Assembly (NCBI GenBank): GCA_965263205.1
Contig: CBDHHF010000014.1
Coordinates: 251,690-315,689, forward strand
Length of the DNA: 64,000 bases
Direction: 5' to 3'
Origin: Rhodothermales bacterium
Lineage (GTDB): Bacteria; Bacteroidota; Rhodothermia; Rhodothermales; JAHQVL01
The notes under the pieces are model-generated. The model did no database searches. It was not told the DNA's origin and saw nothing but the letters and a program-made list of their open reading frames with translations. The translations under genes were made by a program, and so were the position numbers. Shown here in pieces: positions 1 to 9,906 of the stretch (position 1 is its first letter; every line of letters begins with the position of its first letter).

Positions 1-1208
1 ACTACAATGGCATTATCTACCAGTAGACCAAGCGCTACCACCAATCCAACAATCGACATCTGCTGGATGCCATAACCGGAGAAATCGAGCCAACCAATGG
101 CAATCAAAATGGAGATCGGAATTGCCAGTACAACGATTCCCGAGGCGCGTATGCCCAACGCAAGGAGAATAACCAGTCCGACTAGCAATACCCCTTGAAA
201 CAAGTTATTGAAGAATCCATTGACGCGTTCGGTTACACCGATGGACTGATCAAATACTGTTGCCATTTCGACGCCTTCCGGCAACTGGGCCCCGAAAGAA
301 ACAAGCGCTTCATCAAGGCCGGCTTTTACATCGTAGATGTTCGTCCCCGTGCGTTGTGCAACGGTTACAAACACACTGCGCTGCCCATTGTAGCGGCCGC
401 GATGGGTAGCGTCTTCATAGTCAAACGCAACATCTGCAATGTCGCCCAGATACACGACGCGCTGCCCATTGGTCGCAACGATGGTCTGCCGGATGTCATC
501 GAGTGACTCATAGTCGCCGCTGGTTTGAATATTGAACCGGCGCGCACCAAGGTCTACGCTTCCTCCCGGAATGTTCTGGCTACTGGCCTGCACGGATCCA
601 ATGATCTGATCCATCGAGATGCCCATCTCTTTCATTTTCTCCAGATCCAGCGAAATCCGCACTTCCGTCTCTGGGAATGCCCAGATATCTGCCTGCATCA
701 CACCTGAAACACGTTCAAACTGGCGCTCCAGTTTTTCAGCCTCTTTCTCCAGGATGGTATAACTCACATCTTCCGACATCAATGCAATTTGCATGATGAT
801 GACGTCGGCGGTTGAGAACTTGAGCGTTTCGATGGCAAGGATGCCGGCCGGCAAATCGTCGCGAATACCATTGACCGCCTGAACCACCTCGTCGTAGGTA
901 TCATCAGGATCTTCACTGGCCAGAAATTCGACGACGATGTCACCCAGTCCATTCTGCGCAGTCGACTGGATTTCTTTCAAGTCGTCCAGCGCATTAACAG
1001 CTTCTTCGATCGGATCGATAACAAGGCTTTCAATATCTTCGGGGCTTGCACCCGGATACACGACCAGGATACGGGTGCCCGGCGCATCGATCGGCGGGTC
1101 CTCGGATCGCGGCATGGTCAGGAAGCTCACCAACCCTACGAGGGAAAGGAGCAGCACCATAATGATGGTGAACTGATAATTTTGTATTGCAAGAGCTGGC
1201 AGTTTCAT
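1..1208 (-). CDS. RND efflux transporter permease (AcrB/HAE1 family), N-terminal part; gene runs off the window start
   Basis: Manual minus-strand translation from the ATG (complement of cat at 1206-1208) reads MKLPALAIQNYQFTIIMVLLLSLVGLVSFLTMPRSEDPP..., a typical RND N-terminus. A spot check around 360-420 gives ...YEDATHRGRYNGQRSVFVTV in the same frame. It is absent from the ORF track because it is truncated by the window edge. It lies downstream of the tolC and MFP genes. Confidence 0.8.
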   Translation of the reverse strand, partial: MKLPALAIQNYQFTIIMVLLLSLVGLVSFLTMPRSEDPPIDAPGTRILVVYPGASPEDIESLVIDPIEEAVNALDDLKEIQSTAQNGLGDIVVEFLASEDPDDTYDEVVQAVNGIRDDLPAGILAIETLKFSTADVIIMQIALMSEDVSYTILEKEAEKLERQFERVSGVMQADIWAFPETEVRISLDLEKMKEMGISMDQIIGSVQASSQNIPGGSVDLGARRFNIQTSGDYESLDDIRQTIVATNGQRVVYLGDIADVAFDYEDATHRGRYNGQRSVFVTVAQRTGTNIYDVKAGLDEALVSFGAQLPEGVEMATVFDQSIGVTERVNGFFNNLFQGVLLVGLVILLALGIRASGIVVLAIPISILIAIGWLDFSGYGIQQMSIVGLVVALGLLVDNAIV

Positions 1209-1308
1209 ATTGCGTTCGCTGCAAAAATGGTCGTTGTGGTGTTTTCTCTAGTTGGATATGCTGCATTACCGGCTGTCCGAGCCGGCTACAGCCTGTTTTT
1301 GCGGTACG

Positions 1309-2451
1309 CTATTCGGTAGCCGGCATGACGCGTACGGGGCCATCTCCTGTGATGAACGACGCGCCTTCGGTGACAATTTTGCCGTAGCCTCCCAAATCAC
1401 CAGATACGGCAAATTCTGTATCCAACATCCGTTCGATTTGCACTGGAATTTTTCGCGCCTTGTTTTCGGCCTCATCGTACATGTACACAATGCCTTCTTC
1501 TCCATTGCCTTCAACCAGCGCCTCGATGGGCAGGAAATACAGCGAGGTGCCACGCGATGGATACACATCCACACGTGCGATGAAACCAGATTTCAGCAGG
1601 TTCTGCGGGTCTTTTACCGCAATTTCCACTTCAAACGTACCGCTTAATGGGTCTGCTGCATCCGCCAACTCGGTCACTACGCCTTTGAACTGCTCGTCTG
1701 GATAGGCATCAAATGAAAGAGAGGCCGAGTCACCAATGGCGAGTTTTACGATATCCTGATCAGCCAGGCCAACGCGCACCACCCATCCCTCACGGTCGGC
1801 CCCAAAGAGGTAGATCGGCTGTCCGGGCCCCACCAGTTCGCCAGCTTCTGCGGTCCGCTTCAAAATGCGTCCACTCGCAGGCGCGTAAATCTCTGCATAC
1901 TCCCTGTTGAAGCTGGCAATTTTCAAATTGGCCGCAGCAACCTCTAATGCCGTGCGGGCATCTTGCACTTGCTCGAGCGTTGCAACAGAGTCTTTGTACA
2001 AACCCTCTGCACGGGCCAAATCGCGCTCAGCTTTCTCTACGCCGCTGTTCGCCTGCACCACCTGGGCGTCGATTTCAGACAGGTTAAGGCGTGCAAGGCG
2101 TGCACCTTTTTTTACGCGCCGGCCTTCATCGACATACACCCGGTCGATGTATCCGCCAATTTTGAACGAAAGCCGGACTTCGGCCTTGGTTGCCAGCCGG
2201 CCACTCGAACGAATGGGAAGCGCACGCTGCTCCTCGGTTACATCTTGCACAAAAATATTAACAGGTGCGACAGCCGTAGCGGCCGCGCCGGCATCAACAT
2301 CTTTGCTACATCCTGACACCAGACCTCCTGCCAGGACAACCAGCAGCATCACAGCAGACCAGCTGTGGGTAGCCTGCATTCGAGGTGTACGAAGACGTGA
2401 AACGCGATCTATATAATTAACCAGGGTTTTCATGATGGTATGGGTTGGCAA
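1309..2451 (-). CDS. efflux RND transporter periplasmic adaptor subunit (membrane fusion protein, HlyD/AcrA family)
   Basis: 380-aa ORF with the lipoprotein-like segment LVSGCSKD, coiled-coil and beta-barrel adaptor motifs, and a position between the tolC-like and RND genes. The start may be an internal Met (MKTLVNY...). Confidence 0.85.
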   Translation of the reverse strand: MPTHTIMKTLVNYIDRVSRLRTPRMQATHSWSAVMLLVVLAGGLVSGCSKDVDAGAAATAVAPVNIFVQDVTEEQRALPIRSSGRLATKAEVRLSFKIGGYIDRVYVDEGRRVKKGARLARLNLSEIDAQVVQANSGVEKAERDLARAEGLYKDSVATLEQVQDARTALEVAAANLKIASFNREYAEIYAPASGRILKRTAEAGELVGPGQPIYLFGADREGWVVRVGLADQDIVKLAIGDSASLSFDAYPDEQFKGVVTELADAADPLSGTFEVEIAVKDPQNLLKSGFIARVDVYPSRGTSLYFLPIEALVEGNGEEGIVYMYDEAENKARKIPVQIERMLDTEFAVSGDLGGYGKIVTEGASFITGDGPVRVMPATE

Positions 2452-2468
2452 TGTATAAGAAGGAGCTG

Positions 2469-3953
2469 TTACTGGTTTTGGTTCACGGCTACGGCATATT
2501 CCAATTCCGCCATGCGGATCAAGACGTCGTATCGCGTGAGATTGAGATTAATTTCGGCTTCAGTAAGCGTTGTACGGGCATCGAGGAAGGTGACCTGATT
2601 CGCCATGCCTTCGTCATATCGCCGGGATACTAACCGATAGCCCTCAGATGAAGCAGTCAGGCGCTGCTGCGCTGTTACATACGACTCGCGTGCAACTTCC
2701 AGATTGTCGAAGGCTTCCTGCACCTGCAGTTTAATTTGCTGCTGAAGTGCTTCGTGCTGGGTGTTCAGTTTCTGGCTTTCGATACGTGCCTGCTGAATAC
2801 GGTTGCGGTTCTGAAACCCGTTGAACAATTTCCAGCTAAAGACCACAGACGCCATGTAAAACGATTGGTCGCCGGCAAAGCCGAAGTTAGATCCCTGAAT
2901 CCCCAGATCCAGTGCGAGCGCAACACCCGGTAAAAGATCACTCCTGGAGATTTTCACGGCTGCATCTGAAGCCCGAATTGCCGCCTCCAGTTGTTTAAGC
3001 TCAAACCTGTTTTGCAACGCCAGGTTGGTAAACGCCGCCTGTGCAGATGGGGTGGTGACCGTAGCCGATGCAGGAATCAGGCGCGCAGCCGGCATCTCTA
3101 CTGCGGCCATGAGTAATTGCTCGTCAGCCTTGTCGATTGCTTCCTCAAAAGGCCGATTCAGCAAGAAGTTGAAATAAGATTGCGCGAGGTCACGCGTTTT
3201 GTCGGCTTCACGCTGCTGCTGCGACACAGCCAGCATTTCCGCGCGTGCACGATAAACGGCATCTTGTGTTGCTTTGTCGTATGCAACCAGCCGTTCGTTC
3301 ACGCGCAAGTTTTCATCGACCAGCTCACGCGCTGCATCAAGAATGCCCGTGGCGTTTTCTGCTTTAAGATAGTTGTAATACGCTACCTTGATATCACGCA
3401 TCAATAATTGTTTGTACGCAGACAATGCAGCTTCCTGCGAACCCAACAGATGCTGCTGCAACCGGTAGTTATGCAGAATGGCCGGCCTAAACAGTGGCTG
3501 GATGAGCCGAATCTTACTTTCCTGCTCACGCTCGCGAAGAAAGGCGATGTCCTGATTTTCGAGTTGTGGAAAAACGGGCAGTTCGCCTTGCTGCGACAAC
3601 ATGTCGTTAAGCGTATTGTAAACCGGGTTCAACAAATCGCCAACAGGGAAAGAGATCTGCCGGCCACCACCGGCGCGCGAGTACCGGGCCTCCAGACTCA
3701 CCTCTGGAAAAAACAAACCTCGCGCTTCTTCGAGCGATCGAAAGCTTTTTTCGACGTCGAATTGCTGCTGCTGTAGCGAAAGGTTGTTGGTTAACCCCTC
3801 TTGCAAGTAATCATCGAGTGGGCTTTGCTGTGCAAAGACATTGGGTGTCAGGGCAGCCGGCGCCATCAACAAGAATAGGCCCAGCATGCACAGGCTTGCA
3901 CCTGTTCGGCAGCCCTTTTTATATAAGGAAATCATTAAATCTTGACGTTTCAT
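2469..3953 (-). CDS. TolC-family outer membrane efflux protein
   Basis: 494 aa with a signal peptide and two repeated OEP-type coiled-coil/beta halves. It is first in the tolC-MFP-RND order, immediately downstream of tetR. Confidence 0.85.
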   Translation of the reverse strand: MKRQDLMISLYKKGCRTGASLCMLGLFLLMAPAALTPNVFAQQSPLDDYLQEGLTNNLSLQQQQFDVEKSFRSLEEARGLFFPEVSLEARYSRAGGGRQISFPVGDLLNPVYNTLNDMLSQQGELPVFPQLENQDIAFLREREQESKIRLIQPLFRPAILHNYRLQQHLLGSQEAALSAYKQLLMRDIKVAYYNYLKAENATGILDAARELVDENLRVNERLVAYDKATQDAVYRARAEMLAVSQQQREADKTRDLAQSYFNFLLNRPFEEAIDKADEQLLMAAVEMPAARLIPASATVTTPSAQAAFTNLALQNRFELKQLEAAIRASDAAVKISRSDLLPGVALALDLGIQGSNFGFAGDQSFYMASVVFSWKLFNGFQNRNRIQQARIESQKLNTQHEALQQQIKLQVQEAFDNLEVARESYVTAQQRLTASSEGYRLVSRRYDEGMANQVTFLDARTTLTEAEINLNLTRYDVLIRMAELEYAVAVNQNQ

Positions 3954-3959
3954 CAGTTA

Positions 3960-3974
3960 TTGACGTTTTGTCAA
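3960..3974. promoter_or_regulatory. palindrome TTGACGTTTTGTCAA upstream of the tolC-MFP-RND operon (putative TetR operator)
   Basis: Inverted repeat TTGAC-N5-GTCAA with the arms read directly, placed between the tetR stop (4008) and the tolC start (3953). An additional half-site TTGACG lies at 3942-3947. Confidence 0.5.
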
Positions 3975-4007
3975 CGGGTAAGGCAAATTTTTTTCAGGCG
4001 GACTCGT

Positions 4008-4652
4008 TTATGCGGCCAGTGATCGCTCCATCATATCGAACGCCTGCGTAATTAATGCTTCGGGATCAACCTGAAGCACGTGTTTGAACATGTCTTCCTT
4101 TTTTGCGGCAATCTGAATGATGCCATGCGTGAATCCCCAGAGGCATACACTGGCTTTCATCGGATCCCCGATATCCTGTCTGATCGAACCATCTTGCATC
4201 CCTTCAGCAATCACATGCGCCATTAGCTCCAGCACTTTATTGCCTTCCGCCAGACAGGCTACTTCGCTTTCGATGGGTTCCTGAAAATTGATGGTACGGG
4301 TTTCAAACTCGGTCAATGCATGAAAATAGGACGGCTGTTCTTTTGAGAAGGTTACATAGGCCTTCCCCATCGCCGTGATTTTCTCGAAGCCCTGCATTTC
4401 ATCCGTCACCGCATTTTCGAACGCTTCACGCAGGGCCCGCGAAGCGCGAACCATAATAGCCAGGTACAGATCTTCTTTGTCTTTGAAATAAAAGTAGATC
4501 AGTCCGCGGCTCAACCGCGCTTCTTTGGCTACATCAGCCATCGTCGCCTTGTCTACATTTTTACGTGCAAACACAGCCTCTGCCGCATCGATGATATCAT
4601 TTCGACGCTGCTCTTTCTCTTCTTGCCGGCGCTCAACGGTTGACATTAACAT
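4008..4652 (-). CDS. TetR/AcrR family transcriptional regulator
   Basis: 214 aa with an N-terminal TetR helix-turn-helix signature (ATMADVAKEARLSRGLIYFYFKDKEDLY). It heads the efflux operon. Confidence 0.9.
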   Translation of the reverse strand: MLMSTVERRQEEKEQRRNDIIDAAEAVFARKNVDKATMADVAKEARLSRGLIYFYFKDKEDLYLAIMVRASRALREAFENAVTDEMQGFEKITAMGKAYVTFSKEQPSYFHALTEFETRTINFQEPIESEVACLAEGNKVLELMAHVIAEGMQDGSIRQDIGDPMKASVCLWGFTHGIIQIAAKKEDMFKHVLQVDPEALITQAFDMMERSLAA

Positions 4653-4670
4653 GGTTTTCCAACATCTTCA

Positions 4671-4685
4671 TTGACACTTTGTCAA
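4671..4685. promoter_or_regulatory. palindrome TTGACACTTTGTCAA upstream of tetR (putative autoregulatory operator, in a divergent promoter region)
   Basis: Same TTGAC-N5-GTCAA architecture as at 3960-3974, located 19 bp upstream of the tetR ATG (4652). Confidence 0.5.
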
Positions 4686-4808
4686 CGGTTGTACAGGCGT
4701 ACAATCAGGAAGTTGCACAGCGCCATGAAAAAAATTAAAAACTACCTTTTTCTTGTCGCCAGCATCTATATTTGCTCTCCCTTTCTCAACACATAAACAC
4801 GCGAAGCC

Positions 4809-5336
4809 ATGGCATACGATCCAAGTTTGAATCCACAGGAAAACTACGCAGCGCTCATGGCGCTTGTTGAAAAAGGCGCCGGCTACGTCGCCTGGCCTGA
4901 AGAAAAGCTGTTTGAAGTAAAAGAAGGGGTATCTGGCTGGTCCATCGGCCATCACCTGTACCACCTCGCGCTTGCGCACGGATCAATTCCACGGCTTATC
5001 GAGCGCTTGCACAATGGTAGATTGGGAGATGATACACTTGAGCCATTCCCAGAGCGGGTGCAGTTGGTTTACGAGGGCCAGATACCGCGCGGCAGAACTG
5101 CGCCAGAACGCACCCAGCCACCACCCGACCTGGATCATGACTTGCTCAAACGGGACTGGGGCCGCATGACAAAGTCGATTGCCCGGATAGAGCCATTACT
5201 AAATGAGTTGGGGGATATTCCACGCCGCTTTCCCCACCCATTCTTTGGTCCACTGACGGCGCTGGAATGGTTGCGATTTATGCAAAACCATAAGCGACAT
5301 CACCTGGGTATTATTGCTGCAATTGAAGCCGGATAA
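4809..5336 (+). CDS. DinB/YfiT-like (DinB_2 superfamily) putative metal-dependent protein
   Basis: 175 aa with His-rich motifs (WSIGHHLYHLALAHG, HKRHHLG) typical of the DinB_2 four-helix-bundle family. Assigned from motif recall only. Confidence 0.45.
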   Translation: MAYDPSLNPQENYAALMALVEKGAGYVAWPEEKLFEVKEGVSGWSIGHHLYHLALAHGSIPRLIERLHNGRLGDDTLEPFPERVQLVYEGQIPRGRTAPERTQPPPDLDHDLLKRDWGRMTKSIARIEPLLNELGDIPRRFPHPFFGPLTALEWLRFMQNHKRHHLGIIAAIEAG

Positions 5337-5494
5337 TTGTTTGCACAGTGCCAACCCCGACGGACAACCTGCTAAAAACGTAGCACTTCACCGTAACACT
5401 TTTTCGACAGCAGCCGTATAGGCTTCAAAACTGATACACAAGCGCGCTTTCATCCCACGAGCCCGCTATCACCCCAACCTCCACCCAGATCAGT

Positions 5495-6628
5495 ATGAAG
5501 CGTACAGGCAAAATTATACTCACCCTCGTAGTTCTTGGAGCAATCGCGGCGGCGTCCGTTTATGCTTACAATAACAACAACAAAGACAATGAAGAGGAAA
5601 TTCCTCACATTACCGTTGAGCGTGGTGACATTGTCGATAAGGCACTGGCCGTTGGCACCATTGAGCCCCGGGTTGAGGTTAGCGTAAAATCACAATTCTC
5701 AGGTGTAGCCAAGCGTCAATTTGCCGATGTAGGCGACTTTGTACGCGCCGGCGATCCGCTCTTGGAAATCAGACCAACACCTACGCCAAAAGAACTGGTT
5801 GACGCTGAGCGCCAAATCGAATTGCGGCAACTTGAAGTGCGCAACCTGAAAATGGAATATGATCGTCAAAAAGCGCTGCACGACAAACAGCTAATTTCCA
5901 ACCAGGAATTTGAACGCGCTGCACGCAGCTACGACGAAGCCAATCTGCAAGTCCAAATGGCTAAAGAAGCCCTTGAACTGCTGCAAAAGGGGCAGGTATC
6001 TACCGAAAAAGGCGTATTTGAATCCGTAGTGCGCGCCCCTGTCAGTGGGTTCATTTTGGATAAGATGGTCGAAATTGGTGATAACATTGTGCCGCTTACC
6101 TCCTTCCAGGAAGGTACGGTTTTGATGACCATGGCCAACATGGACGACCTGATTTTCCGGGGTACGGTTGATGAAATTGATGTAGGCCGGCTCGAGGAAG
6201 GGATGAACACCGAAATCAAAGTTGGTGCCCTCCCTAACGCTGATGTAGATGGCGTACTTGCTAAAATCTGGCTCAAAGCTGAGAAAGAAGAAAACTCTAC
6301 GGTTTTCCCGGTTGAGCTGGAAATCCTGAGCGCCACCGAGCAAGATCTTGCAAAGCCCGAATCTGAACCAACGGAGGTCGTCCTCCGCGCCGGCTACTCT
6401 GCCAACGCAGAAATCATCATCGAGAAACGTGAACAGGTGCTCTTAATACCAGAACGCGTCATTGAATTTGCCAACGACACCGCGCGGGTTAACGTGCTGC
6501 TGGCAGACAACTCGCTCGAAGAGCGCATTATCGAAACCGGTCTGAGTGATGCCATCAGCATCGAAGTAATCGCCGGCCTGGAAGAAGGCGTCCGCGTCCG
6601 CGAAAAGCCACCGAAGGTTATTGAGTGA
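5495..6628 (+). CDS. HlyD-family periplasmic adaptor (MacA-like) for an ABC-type efflux system
   Basis: 377 aa with an N-terminal TM/signal anchor, a coiled-coil hairpin (QIELRQLEVRNLKMEYDRQKAL...) and beta-barrel adaptor motifs. Two FtsX-type permease genes follow. Confidence 0.8.
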   Translation: MKRTGKIILTLVVLGAIAAASVYAYNNNNKDNEEEIPHITVERGDIVDKALAVGTIEPRVEVSVKSQFSGVAKRQFADVGDFVRAGDPLLEIRPTPTPKELVDAERQIELRQLEVRNLKMEYDRQKALHDKQLISNQEFERAARSYDEANLQVQMAKEALELLQKGQVSTEKGVFESVVRAPVSGFILDKMVEIGDNIVPLTSFQEGTVLMTMANMDDLIFRGTVDEIDVGRLEEGMNTEIKVGALPNADVDGVLAKIWLKAEKEENSTVFPVELEILSATEQDLAKPESEPTEVVLRAGYSANAEIIIEKREQVLLIPERVIEFANDTARVNVLLADNSLEERIIETGLSDAISIEVIAGLEEGVRVREKPPKVIE

Positions 6629-6724
6629 CGAAGGACGAGTGCCGAATGTCGAATGACTTGACACCACGCACTCGCCAGCACCCCAACACACTCGGCATTC
6701 GACACTCGACACCCGGCATTCCCC

Positions 6725-7954
6725 ATGCGCCTACTCACTACCCTGTCGCAGTTCTTCCAGGACCTGCGCTCGCAAAAACTCCGCACCGCACTAACGATTC
6801 TCGGGATTACCTGGGGTACGGTAGCTGTTGTTGTGTTGCTTGCCTTTGGCGTTGGCCTGGAAAAGCAATCAAAGAAAAACATGCATGGCATGGGTGACGG
6901 GATCGTTGTGGTCTTTGGTGGCCGCACAACCATGCCGTTTGAAGGCTTTCCGGATGGCCGCCGGATCAACCTCCGCGAAGAAGATGTGCCCGTGCTCGAT
7001 TCGGAAATTCCCGATATTTTCCAGATCAGCCCGGAATATGTGACCTACACGCCGATTCGGAAGGGTCGATCAGCAACTTCGCCAGCGGTCACAGGCATCT
7101 ACCCGGTATATGCAGATATGCGCAACATCATTCCGGAACCGGGCGGGCGGTTTATAAACGACCTTGACATGCAGAAACGCCGGCGCGTCGTGATGCTTGG
7201 CAACGAAATCAAAAACCTGCTTTTTGGCGATTCCTCCGCTGTAGGCCAACAAGTAATGATCGGTGAAACGCCCTTCACGGTCATCGGCCAGATGCAGCCT
7301 AAAACCCAGAACTCCTCGTACAATTCGCGCGACAGCGATCGCGTGTTTATCCCGGCCAGTACCTACCGCACCATTTTTGGCGATCGGTACATCAACAACA
7401 TCATTTATCGCCCCACAGACCCAGACCTGACCGAGCAGGTGGAACGGCAGTTGATGGAGGTCATGGGCCGGCGCAACCGGTTCAACCCGGACGATGACGA
7501 CGCGCTTGGCATTTGGGATACCAATGAAGCCGACAAATTCCTGAAGAACTTCTTCCTCGGCTTCAACATCTTCATGGGTATTATTGGCAGCTTCACCCTT
7601 ACGGTAGGTGGTATTGGTGTAGCCAACATCATGTACGTTGTGGTCCGAGAGCGAACAAAAGAGATCGGCATCAAGCGCTCCGTTGGTGCCACGAGTCGCG
7701 ACATTCTTTTCCAGTTTTTCCTGGAATCATTCCTCATAGTGGGGATGGGTGCAGCCATCGGATTCATACTGGCCATGCTGCTCATCAAAGGGATCTCGTT
7801 CCTTCCAATAGAGGAATTTGTAGGCATCCCCGAACTTTCGCCCGTGGTTGCCCTCACTACAATGACCCTGTTGGCGCTTATTGCAATACTCGCCGGCTTT
7901 TTCCCCGCAAGAAAAGCGGCACAACTGGACCCTGTAGAATGCCTGCGTACCTGA
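6725..7954 (+). CDS. ABC transporter permease, FtsX/MacB family (MacB periplasmic domain plus FtsX 4-TM domain), no ATPase domain
   Basis: 409 aa with an N-terminal TM helix, a large periplasmic domain and the C-terminal FtsX-like signature (GGIGVANIMYVVVRERTKEIGIKRSVGA). Confidence 0.85.
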   Translation: MRLLTTLSQFFQDLRSQKLRTALTILGITWGTVAVVVLLAFGVGLEKQSKKNMHGMGDGIVVVFGGRTTMPFEGFPDGRRINLREEDVPVLDSEIPDIFQISPEYVTYTPIRKGRSATSPAVTGIYPVYADMRNIIPEPGGRFINDLDMQKRRRVVMLGNEIKNLLFGDSSAVGQQVMIGETPFTVIGQMQPKTQNSSYNSRDSDRVFIPASTYRTIFGDRYINNIIYRPTDPDLTEQVERQLMEVMGRRNRFNPDDDDALGIWDTNEADKFLKNFFLGFNIFMGIIGSFTLTVGGIGVANIMYVVVRERTKEIGIKRSVGATSRDILFQFFLESFLIVGMGAAIGFILAMLLIKGISFLPIEEFVGIPELSPVVALTTMTLLALIAILAGFFPARKAAQLDPVECLRT

Positions 7955-8004
7955 TCAAATCAGGAACGCTCGCCTGCCACACACCCCAAACGCCCAATTG
8001 AACC

Positions 8005-9249
8005 ATGTGGAAGATCTTACTTCAGGAATTCTGGAACGACCTGCGCACACAGAAAACACGCGCGTTTCTGACCATCTTTGCTATCACGTGGGGTACCATC
8101 TCGGTTGTGTTGTTGCTTGCGTTTGGCGAAGGGTTGGGCAAAACGATGCAGGATGGCTTATTAAATGCCGGCGACCGGATTTTCCAGGTGTATGGTGGCG
8201 AAACCAGTATGCCGTATGAAGGACTCGACAAAGGCAGAAATATCCGGCTCCGCCGAGACGACCTTGCCCTGGTACAGAAAACCATCCCTGGCATCGACAT
8301 GGGCAGCGTGTCGTATGGCCGGTGGGGTGTCACGCTGCAGGTGGGCAAAAATAAAACAACAGCTTACATGGAAGGCGTGAGCCCGGCGTTTGAAGAAATG
8401 CGGCGCATGTTTCCCGCTGCCGGCGGCCGCTTCCTGAACATGAAAGACGAAGCCCAGAAGCGTCGCGTATTGTTCTTGGGAGATGAAATTGCCGGTCGCC
8501 TGTTTGGCGATCAGGATCCAATTGGTGGTCAGGTGTTACTGGATGGCTTGCCCTTTACCGTAATTGGTATCATGCAGCCCAAGCTGCAAACCAGCATGAA
8601 CAATGGACCGGATGCCAATCGCGCAATTATCCCGTCCCAGACGTTTGAGACCATTTACGGATACCGGTACATCAACCACATGGTAATCCGACCCAGTAGT
8701 GTAGAGGTTGCGCCGGCTGTAAAAGAGGAGCTGTATCGCGTGCTGGGCCGGCGTCACAAGTTCGACGCAAGCGACGAACGTGCCCTGGGAATTTGGGATT
8801 TTATCGAAAATGAAAAAGAAGGCGCCAAGGTATTTCTCGGCATCCAAATTTTCCTTGGCGTCGTGGGCGGTCTGACGCTCCTGCTGGCTGGGGTTGGCGT
8901 AGCCAACATTATGTACGTAACAGTAAAAGAGCGCACGAGAGAGTTTGGTGTCAAACTGGCTCTCGGCGCTCGTAAATATCACATCAAATTGCAGGTCATC
9001 TTTGAGTCGCTGCTCATTGCGTTGACAGGTGGTGCCATCGGACTACTGTTTTCTTATACCGTAGTCACGGCCATCCAGAGCATTCCGAACAAGGAAGGTG
9101 CCCTCGAATTCCTGGCTAACCCTGAAATTTCTACTCCGATTGCCCTGACCACTGTTGCGATCTTATCGGTTATCGGATTACTGGCCGGTTTCTTCCCGGC
9201 CCGCAAAGCTGCGAACGTGGATCCTGTTGAATCGCTGCGTTATGAATAG
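8005..9249 (+). CDS. ABC transporter permease, FtsX/MacB family (paralog of the preceding gene)
   Basis: 414 aa with the same architecture and motif (GVGVANIMYVTVKERTREFGVKLALGA). Confidence 0.85.
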   Translation: MWKILLQEFWNDLRTQKTRAFLTIFAITWGTISVVLLLAFGEGLGKTMQDGLLNAGDRIFQVYGGETSMPYEGLDKGRNIRLRRDDLALVQKTIPGIDMGSVSYGRWGVTLQVGKNKTTAYMEGVSPAFEEMRRMFPAAGGRFLNMKDEAQKRRVLFLGDEIAGRLFGDQDPIGGQVLLDGLPFTVIGIMQPKLQTSMNNGPDANRAIIPSQTFETIYGYRYINHMVIRPSSVEVAPAVKEELYRVLGRRHKFDASDERALGIWDFIENEKEGAKVFLGIQIFLGVVGGLTLLLAGVGVANIMYVTVKERTREFGVKLALGARKYHIKLQVIFESLLIALTGGAIGLLFSYTVVTAIQSIPNKEGALEFLANPEISTPIALTTVAILSVIGLLAGFFPARKAANVDPVESLRYE

Positions 9250-9252
9250 CGA

Positions 9253-9450
9253 CTATACAGATAGGTTTTGTGCGGTGCGGTACAGCTCAAAATAGAGTGC
9301 CGCTTTACGCTTGTGCTCTTCTGCCACTGCTTCCCGCTCTGCCTCAGGCATCAAGAAAAGCCGGCGACGAGATGCTTCGAGATAGTCGCGGTCCAATTCT
9401 GCCAATTCGGTGAGGCCTTCTTTGAGAGACTTTGTATAAATATCCTGCAT
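9253..9450 (-). CDS. small hypothetical protein (65 aa, predicted helical)
   Basis: ORF only; no recognisable motif. It converges on the permease genes. Confidence 0.2.
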   Translation of the reverse strand: MQDIYTKSLKEGLTELAELDRDYLEASRRRLFLMPEAEREAVAEEHKRKAALYFELYRTAQNLSV

Positions 9451-9906
9451 TGAATTTTATCTATCTAATCTGGTTGGGGGTACCATCATTTAACGAAATC
9501 AAGATACCACTGCTAAAGCGTCTGCCATAAATCCTGCGCCACACTTGTGGCTGGATTTTAGGTGCAACCAGAATCCACCAAAATGAATAAATGGGATGCG
9601 CTTCGTATCACATCCCATTAGTAGATATCGACTCCTGCACTGGTGTAATTAGCGCTATCTTTTCAGATTTTATGCGCCATGTTTACATTTTTAACACAAC
9701 TGCAATGTAAACAAGTACTTACACCCTGACCTAACACATGAAAAACAGAACTTTTTAGCAAGTCCTGATAAACGGAAATAAGCATTGCAGAAGTATGACG
9801 AATTAGCGTCTAAATCGCCTAAATAATGCGGCTTTTCTTAGCAGGTCCACAATTCCTCGCCTGGAGCATTATCTGCTAAGCTTCAACGGGGTATGTGGCT
9901 AAAGAA

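Noticed and set aside
6394-6969. 191-aa minus-strand ORF spanning the adaptor/permease junction
   Set aside because: It is antisense to two well-supported plus-strand genes and has a low-complexity S/T/P/R-rich composition.
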